Origin: Macrostomum hystrix
Lineage: Eukaryota; Animalia; Platyhelminthes
Reading direction: 5' to 3'
Assembly (NCBI GenBank): GCA_950097015.1
Contig: CATNEN010000012.1
Location: 682,001-746,000, forward strand
Length of the DNA stretch: 64,000 bases
The translations under genes and the position numbers were made by a program. Positions 25,154 through 41,999 of this stretch are shown in pieces (within the stretch, counting starts at the first letter, position 1; each line of letters starts with the position of its first letter). The notes beneath the pieces are model-generated. The model had not been told where the DNA came from, did not search any database, and worked only from the letters and a program-made list of their open reading frames with translations.

Positions 25154-28100
25154 TCAGGGCTGTGAAGGCCGCCCAGTCGGCTCCTTGCCCTTCACAGACA
25201 GCAGCTTTTCCTTGTCCAAAGTCTCCAGCAGTTTGGTGAGTTCGCTAGAGCTCAGGCGAAGATTCTCGGAGCCCAGCAGTTCGATCACCTGAGTAGGGAA
25301 TTCCAGTGGGCGTGCGCACTGATAGAGAACTGAATCCTATCTTAATTCTAAAATTAAATAACCCGAAAAATCTTACAGCAATAAAAATCTCGTTAAAATC
25401 TCGAAATTATGCTTTAAGAAAACCAACTTAAAATACTGCTTGTGGGATACCGAAATTGCTTAAGATCCCATGTATGGGATATCGATACAACTCAAGATCC
25501 CATGTATGAAATATCGATACAACTCAAGATCCCACTTATGGGATAGCAATACAACTCAAGATCCCACATATGGGATATCGATAGAACTCAAGATCCCACT
25601 TATGGGATAGCAATACAACTCAAGATCCCACATATGGGATATCGATACAACTCAAGATCCCCCTTATGGGATATCGATACAACTCAAGATCCCATGTATG
25701 AAATATCGATACAACTCAAGATCCCATGTATGAAATATCGATACAACTCAAGATCCCACTTATGGGATAGCAATACAACTCAAGATCCCACATATGGGAT
25801 ATCGATACAACTCAAGATCCCACTTATGGGATAGCAATACAACTCAAGATCCCACATATGGGATATCGATACAACTCAAGATCTCACTTATGGGATATCG
25901 ATACAACTCAAGATCCCACTTATGGGATAGCAATACAACTCAAGATCCCACATATGGGATATCGATACAACTCAAGATCCCACTTATGGGATAGCAATAC
26001 AACTCAAGATCCCACATATGGGATATCGATACAACTCAAGATCCCACTTATGGGATAGCAATACAACTCAAGATCCCACATATGGGATATCGATACAACT
26101 CAAGATCCCATGTATGAAATATCGATACAACTCAAGATCCCATGTATGAAATATCGATACAACTCAAGATCCCACTTATGGGATAGCAATACAACTCAAG
26201 ATCCCACATATGGGATATCGATACAACTCAAGATCCCACTTATGGGATAGCAATACAACTCAAGATCCCACATATGGGATGTCGATACAACTCAAGATCC
26301 CACTTATGGGATATCGATACAACTCAAGATCCCACTTATGGGATAGCAATACAACTCAAGATCCCACATATGGGATATCGATACAACTCAAGATCCCACT
26401 TATGGGATAGCAATACAACTCAAGATCCCACATATGGGATATCGATACAACTCAAGATCCCACTTATGGGGTAGCACCACTTATGGGATAGCAATACAAC
26501 TCAAGATCCCACGTTTGGGATATCGATAAAACTCAGATCCCACATATGGGATATCGATAAAACTCAAGATCCCACTTATGGGATAGCAATACAACTTAAG
26601 ATCCCACATATGGGATATCGATAAAACTCAGATCCCACATATGGGATATCGATAAAACTCAAGATCCCACTTATGGGATAGCAATATAACTTAAGATCCC
26701 ACATATGGGATATCGATACAACTCAAGATTCCACTTGATTTTGAGATACTAATCGAATTTTTTAAGCGACTCGTTTAAACGATCTCATCGCTAGCGATAT
26801 CAAGGCCTCACCTTAACAACGTGTTGCACTTCAATCTTGCCGTCCTTGTCCTCGTCCAGCACCTGCAGGATGCGCTCCCACTTGTCATTGTCCGGCATCT
26901 TCTGCAGCCGTCGCAGGGCTAGCAGAATGTCGTTCATTGACAGCACCTGCTCCCGATGCTTGGCAATCTGGCTGGCCAGCTGGCGCCCCTTCGCCGCCGC
27001 GCCGTCGCTCGAAGACTCGGCGGCGTCGCCGAGCTCAGCATGTGCGCGCTCGGCCTTGTGCAGCCGACGTTCCAGGGCCTCCTTCTCTGAGTAGACCTTG
27101 TCGAACATGCCGTCCATCTCGTGCAGCAGCTCGTCCACTTTGGCCGATAAGAGCTTGGCAGTCTGGGCAGCGGCATTTTGTTAACGGAAGTTTTTAACCT
27201 AAGTCAAATCTGAGAAATCCCAGAAGAAAAGCAAAAAATACAGAAAACAAATGTTAAAAAAATTTTACTAATTGCAGGAGGGCTGCGGGCGAAGGCACAT
27301 CATTTGGTGACACTAGAACTGCAGCCAGCGAGAAGGCAATGGGATTCGCTGACACCTGAGCGCACACGCACACAGATACTGTACTAAGTCATACGCTCAC
27401 ACAGGTGTGTACATCTGCCCTGACTTTCTCAATTCTCATCGTCAGGCAGTGTACACTCTCACTGTGCCTTGGAGGCTGGCCCTCGAGCGGCTGCGCCCCA
27501 AAAAAATGTGCCCCACCGCCGCGGAATCGAGCTGAGGGACCTAGTGCGAGAAACAAACACATTAGACTGCTCTGACACTCACCCCCACGAAACAAATCTA
27601 TAGAACCCCAGAATAATCTTTAGAGTACTAATCACGCTCAGAATCCCAAAATCAATTAAGAAATCCTTAAATCAATCTACGAATCCCAAAATCAACCCAT
27701 AAGTCTCGAACTCGAAGCCCATACAAGCGACACTCACCCGCTTCTCCTCTTTGCTGCGCTCCCGGGTGACTCCGCCAACAACCGGCGCGTCGGCCAGGCC
27801 GCTGAAGTACTCGCTGAGCTCTTCTTTGAGTTCGCGTATCTCCTCTTCGTCTAGCGCCTTGGCCGACACCGCGTCGATTGCCGACTCCAGCGCCTGCAGA
27901 TCAGCGGCTCCGACGTCGATATCAGCGGCGGCGGCGGCGGCGCTAGCTGGCGATGATCGATTGGCGGCAGCAGTCTCGGCCGGATCCACAAGCTCCTCAG
28001 CGAGGCCAGCTGTCGCCTTCTCTTTCGCTTCCTTAGTCTTCTTTGTGGCCTTTTTATCGGCCTCCTCTGACTGGATGGCCCGATCGCGGCTCTTTAACGC

Positions 28101-30346
28101 CTCTAGCCGGATGCGACTGTCGGCCTCGGAGCTAGAGGCCTCGGCGGAGCGCACTGCTGTCTCGGGCAGGCTGCCGATCACCTTGCGCAGCCGCTCCTCG
28201 GTGTCGACGCTGTCCGGGAAGTGCAGCAGTCTGGACAGCAGCAGCAGGGAAGCCGGCACGCTGCGCACCAGGTGCAGGTCCAACCACTGCAGCAGCTGCT
28301 GCCGAAGCCGATCCTCGGAGACGCCCAACGCCGGCATGCCGCGGGCCCGGCAGGCGGCCTGCAGTTCGACAACGTTGAGCCGGTCGACGCCTTCGTCGCG
28401 AATCATCATGTCGTCCGCGTGCAGCTGACGCAGCCGAAGCTCCAACTGAAGCAGGATCATCGCCTTTGAACCGACGGCTGCCATGTCGAGCAGTTTGCAG
28501 ATGGCCACCAGCTGCGGCCGCTCCAGGTTGTCAAGTGTCAGCTCGTCGGCGAACAGCGCCGAGAAGCGCAGGAGCTCGTCTGTGGTGGCGTAACGGCTGG
28601 CCGTGGTGCACTTCTGCATGAAGCGGCGAAAGTCGGCAAGACCCTCGCGACTGGATTTGTCCTGGAAGGGATTTAGAATTCAAGTTGGGATTTCTGAGAA
28701 AAGGCATATTCCGTGAGTTAGGAAAGTTACTGCCAATTTGGATATTTGGTGAATAAGGCATTTCCTGTCAATTAAAATATTTGGTGAATATAGGATTTCC
28801 TACAAATTAGGATATTTGGTGAATGAGGGCTTTCCTGTGAATTGGGATATTTGGTAAATATGGGATTTCCTGAGAATCGGGATATTTGGTGAATAATGGA
28901 TTTCCTAATAATTTGGATATTTGGTGAAGAAGGCATTACCTGTGAATTAAAATATTTTGTGAATAAGGGATTTCCTGAGAATAGGGATATTTGGTGAATA
29001 ATGGATTTCCTAATAATTTGGATATTTGGTGAATAAGGCATTTCCTGTCAATTAAAATTTTTGGTGAATATGGCATTTCCTACAAATTAGGATATTTGGT
29101 GAATGAGGGCTTTCCTGTGAATTGGGATATTCGGTAAATATGGGATTTCCTAAAAATTAGGATATTTTGGTGCATATGGGATTTCCTGAGAATAGGGATA
29201 TTTGGTGAAAATGTGATATCCTGTGAATTGGGATATTTGGTGAAAATGGGATATCCTGTGAATCGGGATATTTGGTGAAAATGGGATATCCTGTGAATCG
29301 GGATATTTGGTGAAAATGGGATATCCTGTGAATTGGAATATTTGGTGAAAATGGGATATCCTGTGAATTGGGATATTAGGTGAACGAGGGAATTGCCGGA
29401 ATTTATGATATTTGGTAATTCGGATACAATCTAAAATTTGGGATTTCTAAACTTTTGGATGTTTAGTAAGCTCTTGTATTTTAGTGATTTGAAAGTTTTT
29501 GAAAGCTAGGAGACTTACTGAGATAGTATCATAAGTTTAATCGCCACGCCACTCACCTTAGCCTGAAAGCCCTCGTACAGAGTCTCCTGCAGAAACTTTG
29601 CCGTTTCCAGTTTAGCCTTGAGCTTAATGCGCAACTTCTCAGCCTCCTTATCCTTCTCCTTGAATGTGCTGGGCAGCATGAAGGGCATGAACTTGAGGTA
29701 GAATGGCAGCAGGAACTCCATGAACGGTATGACAATGAAGAACAAGAATGGCACCATGCGGAACAGGTCGGCCACAGTTCGGACCAGGTGCCGCCTCTCC
29801 CGCCTGGAGATGGTGGCGCCACGCATGTACTTTAGGCTGATGCGCAGAGCGATGCGAGTCTCTAGGGCCAATAGCTTCAGGCCGTTCCAATAGTGCAACA
29901 CTTCATGCCAGATCCGGCTGGCCAGTGACGGCTTCAGGGCTGGCGTCTGCGGCTGCGGCTTGGCCGGCCGGGTCTCCTCGCTGGCCCAGCGGCGGCAGCC
30001 GGTGTGAACATTTCTTAGAAACAAGGCCTGCGGCCTTGGTAAAAGATGAGGCCGGAGAAGCTGCTGCTGCTTTTGCCGCTCCAAATTATTTCGATGCGTT
30101 CCCGAGCTCACTGAGATGTGCCGGCTGGAACAGTATACAAAGCAAGGTTGCTAGCTGATTTTAATACAAACAAAATAATACAAAACCAAATGCTGTCAAG
30201 CACATTTTAGACTTTATTATATCGTTGGAATTAATGATATAGGGTATGAAATCTCAAGCACAAATAAATGCTTACCATAAAGAAAGTCCCATACCAAATC
30301 TTTGAAGGCAAAGTCTGTTTCCATTTCTGAGAACAACATAGTTCAT
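25154..30346 (-). CDS. LETM1: LETM1 mitochondrial inner-membrane Ca2+/H+ (K+/H+) exchanger, about 682 aa, 5 exons
   Basis: Exons (minus) 30346-30276, 30124-29557, 28661-27738, 27162-26812, 25288-25154; phases 2/0/0/0; 2049 nt. Arg/Leu-rich presequence, TM with FIVIPFMEFLLP, LETM1 domain (LTLDNLERPQLVAICKLL, ELQAACRARGM), coiled coil, EF-hand DEDKDGKIE. Confidence 0.93.
25464..26735. repeat. 32-bp minisatellite with ATCCCA-N4-TGGGAT hairpin (LETM1 intron 4)
   Basis: About 39 units. Confidence 0.96.
28735..29415. repeat. Degenerate ~33-bp tandem repeat (GGATATTTGGTGAA core), LETM1 intron 2
   Basis: The core recurs at roughly regular spacing with divergent flanks. Confidence 0.85.
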
Positions 30347-31968
30347 TTTGTCACTGAAATGAAAAAATTGAAAATAAAATAACAGTTTATTGAAAAAAAA
30401 TAAAAGAAAAAATGCTATTAGTTCTGATGAATAAAAAATTCCTCAATTCTGAAAAAGTATAATAATTAGGTAGCTACATAAAAACATTACAACCCTATAA
30501 TTTTATAAGCATGCTGTCTTCTAAATATGTATCACCCATTTGATTTTTGCCTAAGACATTGAATTCCTTGAATCATGTAAGAATAATTGAACAATTAACA
30601 ATATCAAATTGCCAAATGAAACCCGAATCCTAACATATTAAAAAGTATTAAGCCAAACAGGGGTAAGTCAGTTTTTTAACAATAGTTATTTAAAGCCTTT
30701 GACACAAAAAATACATATTTATAGCTAGTCTGTCTAAAATTTCAAGAGTGAAATACTGTCTAGTAACTATTTTTTTAATTGACAAAAATGCTAAGTTTTG
30801 TTTTCTAATCCACTAACCACAATTCTTCGCTATTTGAAAATGTGTAAAATGTGAGCAAATATAGGGCTAATATAGGGTGGCACATATAAAACAACTGTAG
30901 AACATTTGCTTGTTCCTATGACACATTCTATTCACTCATATTACATGATACCCTACAAATAAATATCATATTTTGGGGATCAGATTATAAAATTGATGAA
31001 AAATATGTTGAGTTTTGTTCAGACAAAGAAACATACAAAAATACCTACCATATCTTTTACATAGATCATAGGGATCATAAAACAAAAGGCCCAGGTTTAA
31101 TAGGACTAATCCAAGAGGATTGTAAATGAACTAATTACATTACTAGTTAGTGCCTACAAAACTGCTATATAAAAATATATAGCTGTCTGAGACTGAATAT
31201 AAAGCAAGGAGGTCAGACTAAAAATGATATTTTATTTGATTAAAAGCATTGAAGATGCAGCTCTATAGAAGACTGCCTACTCTAGAGATTCTCTACAAAA
31301 ATGTTTTTTTAGAAAAACATAACTTTTAAGGCCTGGCTAGCACACACAAAAAAGAAAACGAGTAATCAAAACAGCTTTACATAGATAGGCCTACTTCTGA
31401 TGCTTCAATGTGAAAATGGCCACATATAAAATGGCCTCAAAAAACTATTATCAGATTATCTAATATTGGGAAAATTAACTGGCCAAAATTTAACTGTGTA
31501 ATATGCAATATTTAGGCCTAATAAATGTTAGACACTTAAATGTGTCCAAAACATCATAATTCATTATGATGCAACCATAAATAGGCCTCGTAATATAATT
31601 CTTGGCAGCATATTTTTTGCTATTTTATTTTACAGGGTGTAGCCCGGCAAGGTCATAAGGAAATAAATATTTAAATTGAAAAAATACCACAACACAAGTA
31701 GCTTCATGTGTTACGGGTAATGTATCATCAACCAAACAAGAATGTGTATTTTTTTAACTTCAAACCTAAGCTACAGATTTTCTATTTAAGATATGATGAA
31801 AAATCAAAAGCCAAGTTATAGAATACAGTTACATCTTTCTAAAAAGTATCAGCTTTGGCTATTTTATCAAATAGAAAAAAGTTATTCCTGCTTTTTATCT
31901 AAAACCAAAAAATGATTTTCATGTACCTATCTTCAAACCAAACAGAGAATTTGATGTTTGGTTTTACA

Positions 31969-32925
31969 GATCCTAGACACTTCGTCATCTTACAACTTTG
32001 TCATCTTACAACTTCATCATCCACTTGGAAGGTAGGACACTTCGTCATCCAGCCAATTGGCATGCTTTAAAGTTTGGTCAGTTCGTCATCTACTAATAAC
32101 AAATAAGCAATTAAGTTCGTCATCAATAAAGTGGTAACAGGACGATTCGGTAACAGACAATTCGGTAACAGACAGTTCGGTAACACCACAGGACAGTTCA
32201 GTAACACCACAGGACAGTTCGGTAACATATCAAGGGACAGTTCGGTAACAATTGATTAAACTGGATCGGAAGGGTTTTTGCGAAATTATTTTATGTTTAG
32301 TTTGGTAAAGTTACAAAGTAAAGTCAATAGCACTTCGAACCATATTTAGCTTTTCGAAATATGAGTATGAGGTTGCATTTTGCATGTTACATATTTCACA
32401 TTTGGGCGTCAAATAGCGACAATGTACCGTCATCAAGTCATTCATACAGTCATCAAGTGAGGCCAAATTTCGTGTGATCACACAATTTGCACTAATTTTT
32501 CATCCCTTTGTACATCCCTTTGAACGAGCCTTTACCCTACTTGCACACTCTAAATGACATGTCAGTTTCAGATACATCAGTAACATCAGTCAGTTGTGTC
32601 CTAGCAACGATAGTAGATACATTGTTAGAACAAACCTAGATTCAATAAAGTGAGGGTGGGGTGGTGGGGCAGAGTCACACACTTCACGTCTTAAAATGCC
32701 AAAAAGAGGTGTCAAAACTGATTTCATTATAAGAGTTGAAAGAAAGGTGCCAACACTATGTGAGGAGGTGGGGAGGGGTGGTTCTGTTCTAACTTTGAAA
32801 ACTTATTGTTTTATATATGACGAAGTGTCCACAAGTCTAAGTCTCTTCATCATCCACCCTCTGAGATATTGGACAGATCGTCATCTGGATGACGAAGTTG
32901 TAAGATGACGAAGTGTCCAGGTACC
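31969..32925 (+). mobile_element. MITE family A copy 1, interrupted by a 508-bp nested insertion
   Basis: TIR (G)GATCCTAGACACTTCGTCATCTTACAAC...; flanking duplication GGTTTTACA at 31960-31968 and 32926-32934; homologous to 38088-38490 and 63054-63477. Confidence 0.88.
32134..32641. mobile_element. Nested insertion inside MITE A copy 1
   Basis: Absent from the other two copies; TCAATAAAGTG duplicated at 32123-32133 and 32642-32652; the left end has GACAGTTCGGTAACA tandem motifs. Confidence 0.75.
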
Positions 32926-35067
32926 GGTTTTACAATTTGAGTGAGTGGTTTAATCTTATTTTAAGGAGTGAACTATCATGAAGTATGTAATTTGAAAGCA
33001 TTTTTCATGCTCTATAAATAACTACATTTATGGTCATTTAATTGGCAAGCAACCACATACAATCTTCGTCTAAAGTACATACTGAAAAAATGTTGTTAAA
33101 AAGTATGCTTTTGCAATAAAAATTTCTACTGAAACATCAATATCTTTCTTTCCTCTTAATGCTTCATTGCACATCATGCCTCAGCTTGTAGATAATTTCT
33201 TCAACTTTCAAATTAGTTGTTCTGTGAAACACAATAGCTTGTTTCTGTCTTGCATGAGACCAAGGAAGAAGTCAAAATTCTTGTTCGGTTTTGAAGATAC
33301 ACTGTTCGGTTGATGATACATTACCTCTACTGTTGATAAAATTATATGCCATTGTTTATCGGATGGTAATTATGGTCGCGTCATAAGCGTGGCCGTTGTA
33401 TCGTCTGGCCATTTTATTTTTTTGGTACATTTAGCGCTGTACAGCTTTTTAAGCAACTCATACTGTTGGCCAACTGATGTTACAGAGGAAGGTCAATATC
33501 GCCTTGCTGTTTTCCACGAAAAAAACAAGCACGTTGTCGAATTATAGTTTTAGTTTTTGTAAGTGAGTAACACATTGTATATCTATCAAATTTTCTATAT
33601 GAAACGTCCGAATTGGAGAATGCCTCTAGTAAATCTTTATGAAGGGTAAATGTAAACATGTTGTTTTACTTTCGCAAGTTTAAAACTTTGTTCACGTCGA
33701 TGGCCGCGCAGGGTTCGCATAAATCACAAATTATCACTCGCTCAGATTTTGAATAAGCGTATCAGCCAATTAAAGTTTCAAACATCCAGTAGAAATCACA
33801 TGATACTGCATGTTGCTATGCAGTTGGCCTCAAGTAACTGCAAAGACAACCAAGCAGAAGAGATGTGGCTGGGCTCCATTTTCTCTGAAGCAAGGAGTTC
33901 TATTTTACACGATAAAATTTGAAACGTTTAAAATAAAGAAAGACCAGATAAGAAAGACTTTGGTAATTTAGTATGGTGGTATACTATCTAATAATTTTAT
34001 TTTTGTATCTTAACGGAAAGAACAACTGGATTAAATATTATTTTGCTAATTGATCTATTAGATATTAAGCCGAATCGGATTAGCGCCGCCGATATAAAAG
34101 TAAGTAGCCGCTGTTTCGTTTCATTTTGAACCGTTAATCCACATGAACAGTGCGCTAATTAACAAGTCACTAGATTTTAATTAGAAATGATACAACTTTT
34201 TGTTGGCATTCGGTAAAACGACGGTTGTGCAAAAGTTACGGAAAGTTGGCATGAAATCTTCATTTTTCATTGCTTTTGATGCAACGTAAAAATGAACTGA
34301 ATTTATAGGGAGTGTTTTTAGAGGGAGATTTTATGTTTGATTCTCCGCGCAATAACTGCAGCTGTGCCACTGGCTGTACATCCGGGTCCAAACTCGGTTA
34401 GGTGGAACTTTTATTTCTCCATCTTGATTTTAAACTAATCCATTTAAATAAAGACAGAAAGCTAACTTGCCTAACAATTTTGATTGCATGTTTGCTAGCT
34501 GATGTAGAGTTTTAACCTATCTGGATTGTTTTAAACAAGAATCGATCACTGCAAACAAAGTAGTGTACACGATTATGACGAATCAAAAAGGAAAAAATTA
34601 AGCCGTGATTTCGTAAATAAAAGGACAACACAGAATTAAACACGAGATAGTAGGCTAGGTAGCGTAGATTCAAAAAAGGAATCTTTCCATGTAAATAAAG
34701 CGAATAAATTCGTTAGGAAAGCACAACATTGAAATTCTTTTCTCTATAAGAAGTTGTATAGAAGAGTAATTAACAGAAAGAGCGAACTCGCTTTGAATAT
34801 ATAATACTAAAGAACCAGACTGGAGTTGTAATAACAGTTAATCAAAAGTATAATAGATTACATTTGATAGCTAGGCCTCTACAGCAGTGAAAATACAAAA
34901 CATACTGCAGTAACGCAAGAGCACTTTTACACGAAACATTAAATTTTCCAGTGAATTTGTACTCAGTATTCCGGCTTTTTACAATATTTCGTAATCCTCT
35001 AGAAGTCGTGTTTCTAAGTAGCCGAGTCAACTGCCTGACTATGAAATATTTGCAGATAGCATTGTGC

Positions 35068-37216
<2,149 letters not shown>

Positions 37217-38087
37217 TCAAGCTGCAATAAAAGTTTGTCATTTGTTAGATGTTATGATGTCATTTTGTCATTTGTTATGACACATTTTTTAATGTGTCAT
37301 AAACAACCCAATTCGAATCTGAGTATAAACAGAGTAACCTAGCATAACTTAACATAATAAATAAGCAATAATTTAAGTTATGCTCGTGAAAAAACTCAGT
37401 TCCTTAACTAAAAAATTCAAATATCCTAAGAAGTATGCTACCATTTAACTAGAAGGATTCAAGTTGATTATTAAGAGTTATCTCATATGTACAAGGGTAC
37501 CACAAAAGTCCATGTACTTTTTTAACTTCAGCCATTTCTGGCCAATCAGAAATATTCTGAATGTGGCAGTTTAAAAGAAAATGATCTGCCTGTGAAAATC
37601 ACTTGTTGTTTATTCATATATATTGGCATTCTCAAGATATTTTACTTCTAGTGCCCCACCCCCTGTACTACTTCTACAAAGTGCTATAGACAACAGCTTT
37701 AAATTTGACATCTACTTCAATGAAACATCTATAATGGTTTGAAACAGAAAGGACAGTAAAAATTTATCATCAACTTTGTCCTGAGGCTTCTTTATGTAGT
37801 CGCCACCACACTGCACACACTTTCTGTCATTGGGTGTGCATATCATCAATGGTATTGGCAAAATCTAAGTGCTGCATCTCATGAAAAAGAACTTAGCAAG
37901 TCAAAGCCTTAAGATCCCCACAACAAGAAAATATTTGTCCACACAGAAGCTTCATTTTTGGGATGATGGTGAAGTCAGCTGGTGACTAGGCCTAATGTGG
38001 AGAGTAAGGTGGGTGTGAGAGCAGCTTGAAGATGGTCTGCTCAATCATCTCCACTGTCTTCCTGGCCATGTAGAGGCAGTATTATGG

Positions 38088-38490
38088 GATCCTAGACACT
38101 TCGTCATCCACTTGGAAGGTAGGACACTTCGTCATCCAGCCAATTGGCATGCTTTAAAGTTTGGTCAGTTCGTCATCTACTAATAACAAGCAATCAAGTT
38201 TGTCATCAATAAAGTGAGGGTGGGGTGGTGGGGCAGAGGTGTGAACACACTTCACACTCTAAATTGTCAAAAAATGTGTCAAAACTGATTTCATTATAAG
38301 AGTTGAAAGATAGGTGCCAACACGATGTGAGGAGGGGTGGGGAAGGGTGGTTCTGTTCTAACTTTAAAAACTTTTGTTTTATAGATGACATGTCCACAAG
38401 TATAAGTCGCTTCGTCATCCACCCTCTGAGATATTGGGCAGATCATCATCTGGATGACGAAGTTGTAAGATTACAAAGTGTCCAGGTACT
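38088..38490 (+). mobile_element. MITE family A copy 2 (403 bp, uninterrupted)
   Basis: Flanking duplication GTATTATGG at 38079-38087 and 38491-38499. Confidence 0.88.
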
Positions 38491-41400
38491 GTATTATGGT
38501 ATTGTCATGGTGATTAAAGTATGGCTTGAGTTTCTGTGTTGTGGCACAATAGTGTTCAGCATTGCTTGTTTGTCTATCTTCCAAGAACTCGATTGTGAGT
38601 GGGCCACATCAATCAAAGGAAATTGTCATCAAGATTTTCTTAGAGTGCTTGTTGCAGTGAGCCAAGTACCCTGCCTTATATCATAGAGATAACAAAGTGT
38701 CTACAAGTCTTGGTCCCTATGTTTTCCATCCTCTTAGACCCTGGACACTTCGTTATCCAGATGACGAAAAGGTAGATGACAATTTTTTTACAGGAAGTAA
38801 AAAAGTCCCTGAGGCTTGACCAATGTATAACACTGGTCAAGTATATTTTATAAAAAGTTTAAGTAAAGTAAAGTTTAAGCTAAATAATTTTCATTAAAAA
38901 ACTGCTGACTTAACCATAATTTGCGTATATTTATATACTTATTCTTCAAATTTAAAATGATATTTATTACAAACACTACAACTACAACCAGACATCAGAC
39001 CTAACTGAATTCCAAACCAACCAAGAACCAAATACAAAAATACTGTAGGTCTTGGACGAGATTGTAGGCTTTCTTAATGCTTTTGTATTGTAATGAACGA
39101 TTAGTCTATAAAAAGTATGCATATGTGAAGATCGCTGCTTCACATGGTATAATCATGTAAAGCTGCTGACCGACCTTTAAAGTTAATGGTGGAATAAATT
39201 TTTATTTTAAGTACGTGCGCTTTATTTCTCAGGGCCCATGCAATGTAACAAAACGTAACTAAGTTCGCCTTTCCCAGACGACGGAACATGCCAAAATAGT
39301 TTAGATTATAATATCCAACAGCTGTATTATGACTTATTTTTCAGCTAAGTAAATGTTGAAATACATCCACAGATTTAATATTGCTCAGATTGGAACAATT
39401 GTGTGTGGAAGCTACGCCGCACGCATCGTGCTTCACAATCCAATCAACGTGCTGCCCAAAATTTGAAAAGACCATAGCTGCACAATGCGAATGTCAGCTA
39501 CGAAATTGTTGTCTTCTTTCTACCAGAAAGTATTCTTTCTACCAACACTTTAGTTCATTCCTTACGTATTGAATGCTTTATATAAGTTTGGCTTCCTGTC
39601 GTTAAATCAAAATGTTTGCCGTTTTCATGAAGTTTTTTAGAGTTGCGATTGATTGATGTATTTCTTAAATACTTAAATACTGTGAAAGCACAGCTCAGCA
39701 CCTAAAACCACAGACACACTAGCTTCAACTAAAAAGTAAAGAACTTATCCAGCTTTTAGGTGAAACGAATTTACAAAAAAGTGAAAACAAACGAAGCGAA
39801 AACTATATCTGTGGTTTTTCCTAGGTGTTGCGTCTGAAATGCATTGTTTATGTCTGTCGTCGGGCCCTCTCTTCAATTTGCTATTCTGCTGTTGTCTCCA
39901 ATTACTTAAGGTTTATTCACTCTTTTAAATTCACCTCCTTCAAGGATTATTATTAAACTATGGAATTACTATTTATATATAAATGATTTCCAGATAATCT
40001 GATGTTATGACAATAATTCCAGCCTTCGTAATGAAAGACTCATTTGTTATATGTATTTCTGTAGGTAGCGATTTGCGTGTGTCCGAGCGGCAAGACACTT
40101 TTAATAATAACTTGTCATAGGCCTAACGCACTGGTTTATTAATACTTTTCTACAATACGTACTGATTTGAGTTTCCAGTCCTAGTCGGGTTACCAATTGA
40201 CTAGTGTTGCCCAGTCAATCACACAGTCTGAATGACTCCCTTGCTTTTAATTCTAATACAGCTTGGCTTTGTCTGAATAGGGAATGTATGAAATACGTAA
40301 AACACTTTTTAACGAGAATAAGTAAGACACTGTTTAATTCGCGAGTGAGCGCGGAACTCCGGTCACTTTCTTCCTCAAATTCTCCTGTATTTATATAATA
40401 AATTAAAATTGGGGTGGTGTACCCCACTAAAACACGGACCTATTTAAACAAAATGTATACGGTAAAATATTATTTCGCGCTAATTTAACTTTTGAAATAT
40501 TTGATAATTATACGCTGCCTCATGTCTAGTGTAAGTCCATGTTATAGATGCATCTTAATATAGCTAAATGAAAACCTGTAAATGAATAAAATGTATTTTT
40601 GAAATCTATAACTACACAGGTGATTTTGTTGGACTCCAGCTCTGTAATATCCTTCTATTCCATGTTAATAAAAAACACTGCACATAAACATGATGGGGAC
40701 GTTGAAAATTCCTTTTCAGTCAGGCAAACGAAGAATCCGCTTTGTTAATGCCAAACAGACACCATGCGCCAATTTTGAGGTTTAAACCTGCGCTACTTAA
40801 TAGTATAGCAACAAAGATATTAATAGAAGGTCTTTGTGTCATTACTTAACTTGTCCTTAATCGACTTAGTTGTTGTTGAATCAACTCATCAACCCAGAAA
40901 TATTCAAAGCACAAATGGGAAAGCTCAAGAAACTTTATTTACAGCAAAATTCGTGCGACAAAGTAACAAAAGACAGAAGCATTTCGTTATTGCTTTGGTA
41001 AATTTGATGAGGCCTATTTCTCTCGAGCATGATTTCATGCAGAGCCACGCACAAGTCAAAGCAAAAACAATTCTCAAAATCATATATTGTAAAGCCAGTT
41101 GGCAATAAACAAACTAAAATTGCCTCCTCATGAGGTCTTAAAACTGCATCAGACGATTCAAGTGTCGTTTCTTCGAATCAAGCAGCCTATGAAATTGACG
41201 GTCAGCAAGAGCTCAGAATCTGCAATGTATAAATAATCAACCCCAGAGCAGTATATAATCTCTCCCGTTTATTCATTTATCTGTGGCCGTCAGAGCGACT
41301 GAGAACTTGTTTCTCGGCCGAGGCGCAGCCGAGGCCAGAGAAACGAGTTTGAAGTCCGTTCTGGCCATAGACAAATGAATAAACGGGAGAGATAGTATTT

Positions 41401-41708
41401 TCCCCCAACTTGGCTCGGTCTTGCGGAAAAAAGAACTATAGCTCAACAGTCTATGGTTCTGATCGAACCGGAACAGTCCCGAGTTTGATGCGATAGCGAC
41501 AGTTTGATGCACCGCTGTGTAACCAATTTAATTACAACGCTTGCGCACGAAATAGCTGAAGGCATGGCTGAAGACATTAGTGGGGGATAATGAGTACGAT
41601 TCTTTCCATCGGCTAGAACTTCAACGATCATAGCCATAGACAAAAATGGCGCACCAAGATAAAGATATAATCATTTAATTAAGAAGAGTCCGAAATACGC
41701 TCGTATAA

Positions 41709-41999
41709 CAATATTGATAGGCTGCAGAGGGCAGAGATGCAGAGGGCAGAGATGCAGAGGGCAGAGGGCTCCCGCAAAGCAGCCTATTCATATTAGTGTT
41801 GTAGTTAGCCTACGCGCGTTGAAACGAGGTTGATACTAACGGCAGCCCGCCCTCTGCTGTTGTCTGTGGTCGAATTCCATTGATATGCACTGCGGGCGGA
41901 CCGTGAAACGCGTTTCACGCCCGCTAACTACAATATACCGAGGTGCGTAGCGCCTCGACGTTTTACCTCGTTTCAGCCCTCTGCAGCCTATCAATATTG
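41709..41999. mobile_element. Possible 291-bp MITE
   Basis: Perfect 24-bp inverted repeats CAATATTGATAGGCTGCAGAGGGC at 41709-41732 and 41976-41999; TSD ambiguous (GTATA on both sides). Confidence 0.6.

Noticed and set aside
26837-28469. Plus-strand and alternative-frame ORFs over LETM1; similar ones over eIF2-gamma (53253-53521, 55326-55628), ENaC and the mariner
   Set aside because: They are antisense or frame shadows of GC-rich coding exons.
38742-38785. Fragment resembling the MITE A TIR
   Set aside because: Only about 40 bp, with no partner end or TSD.
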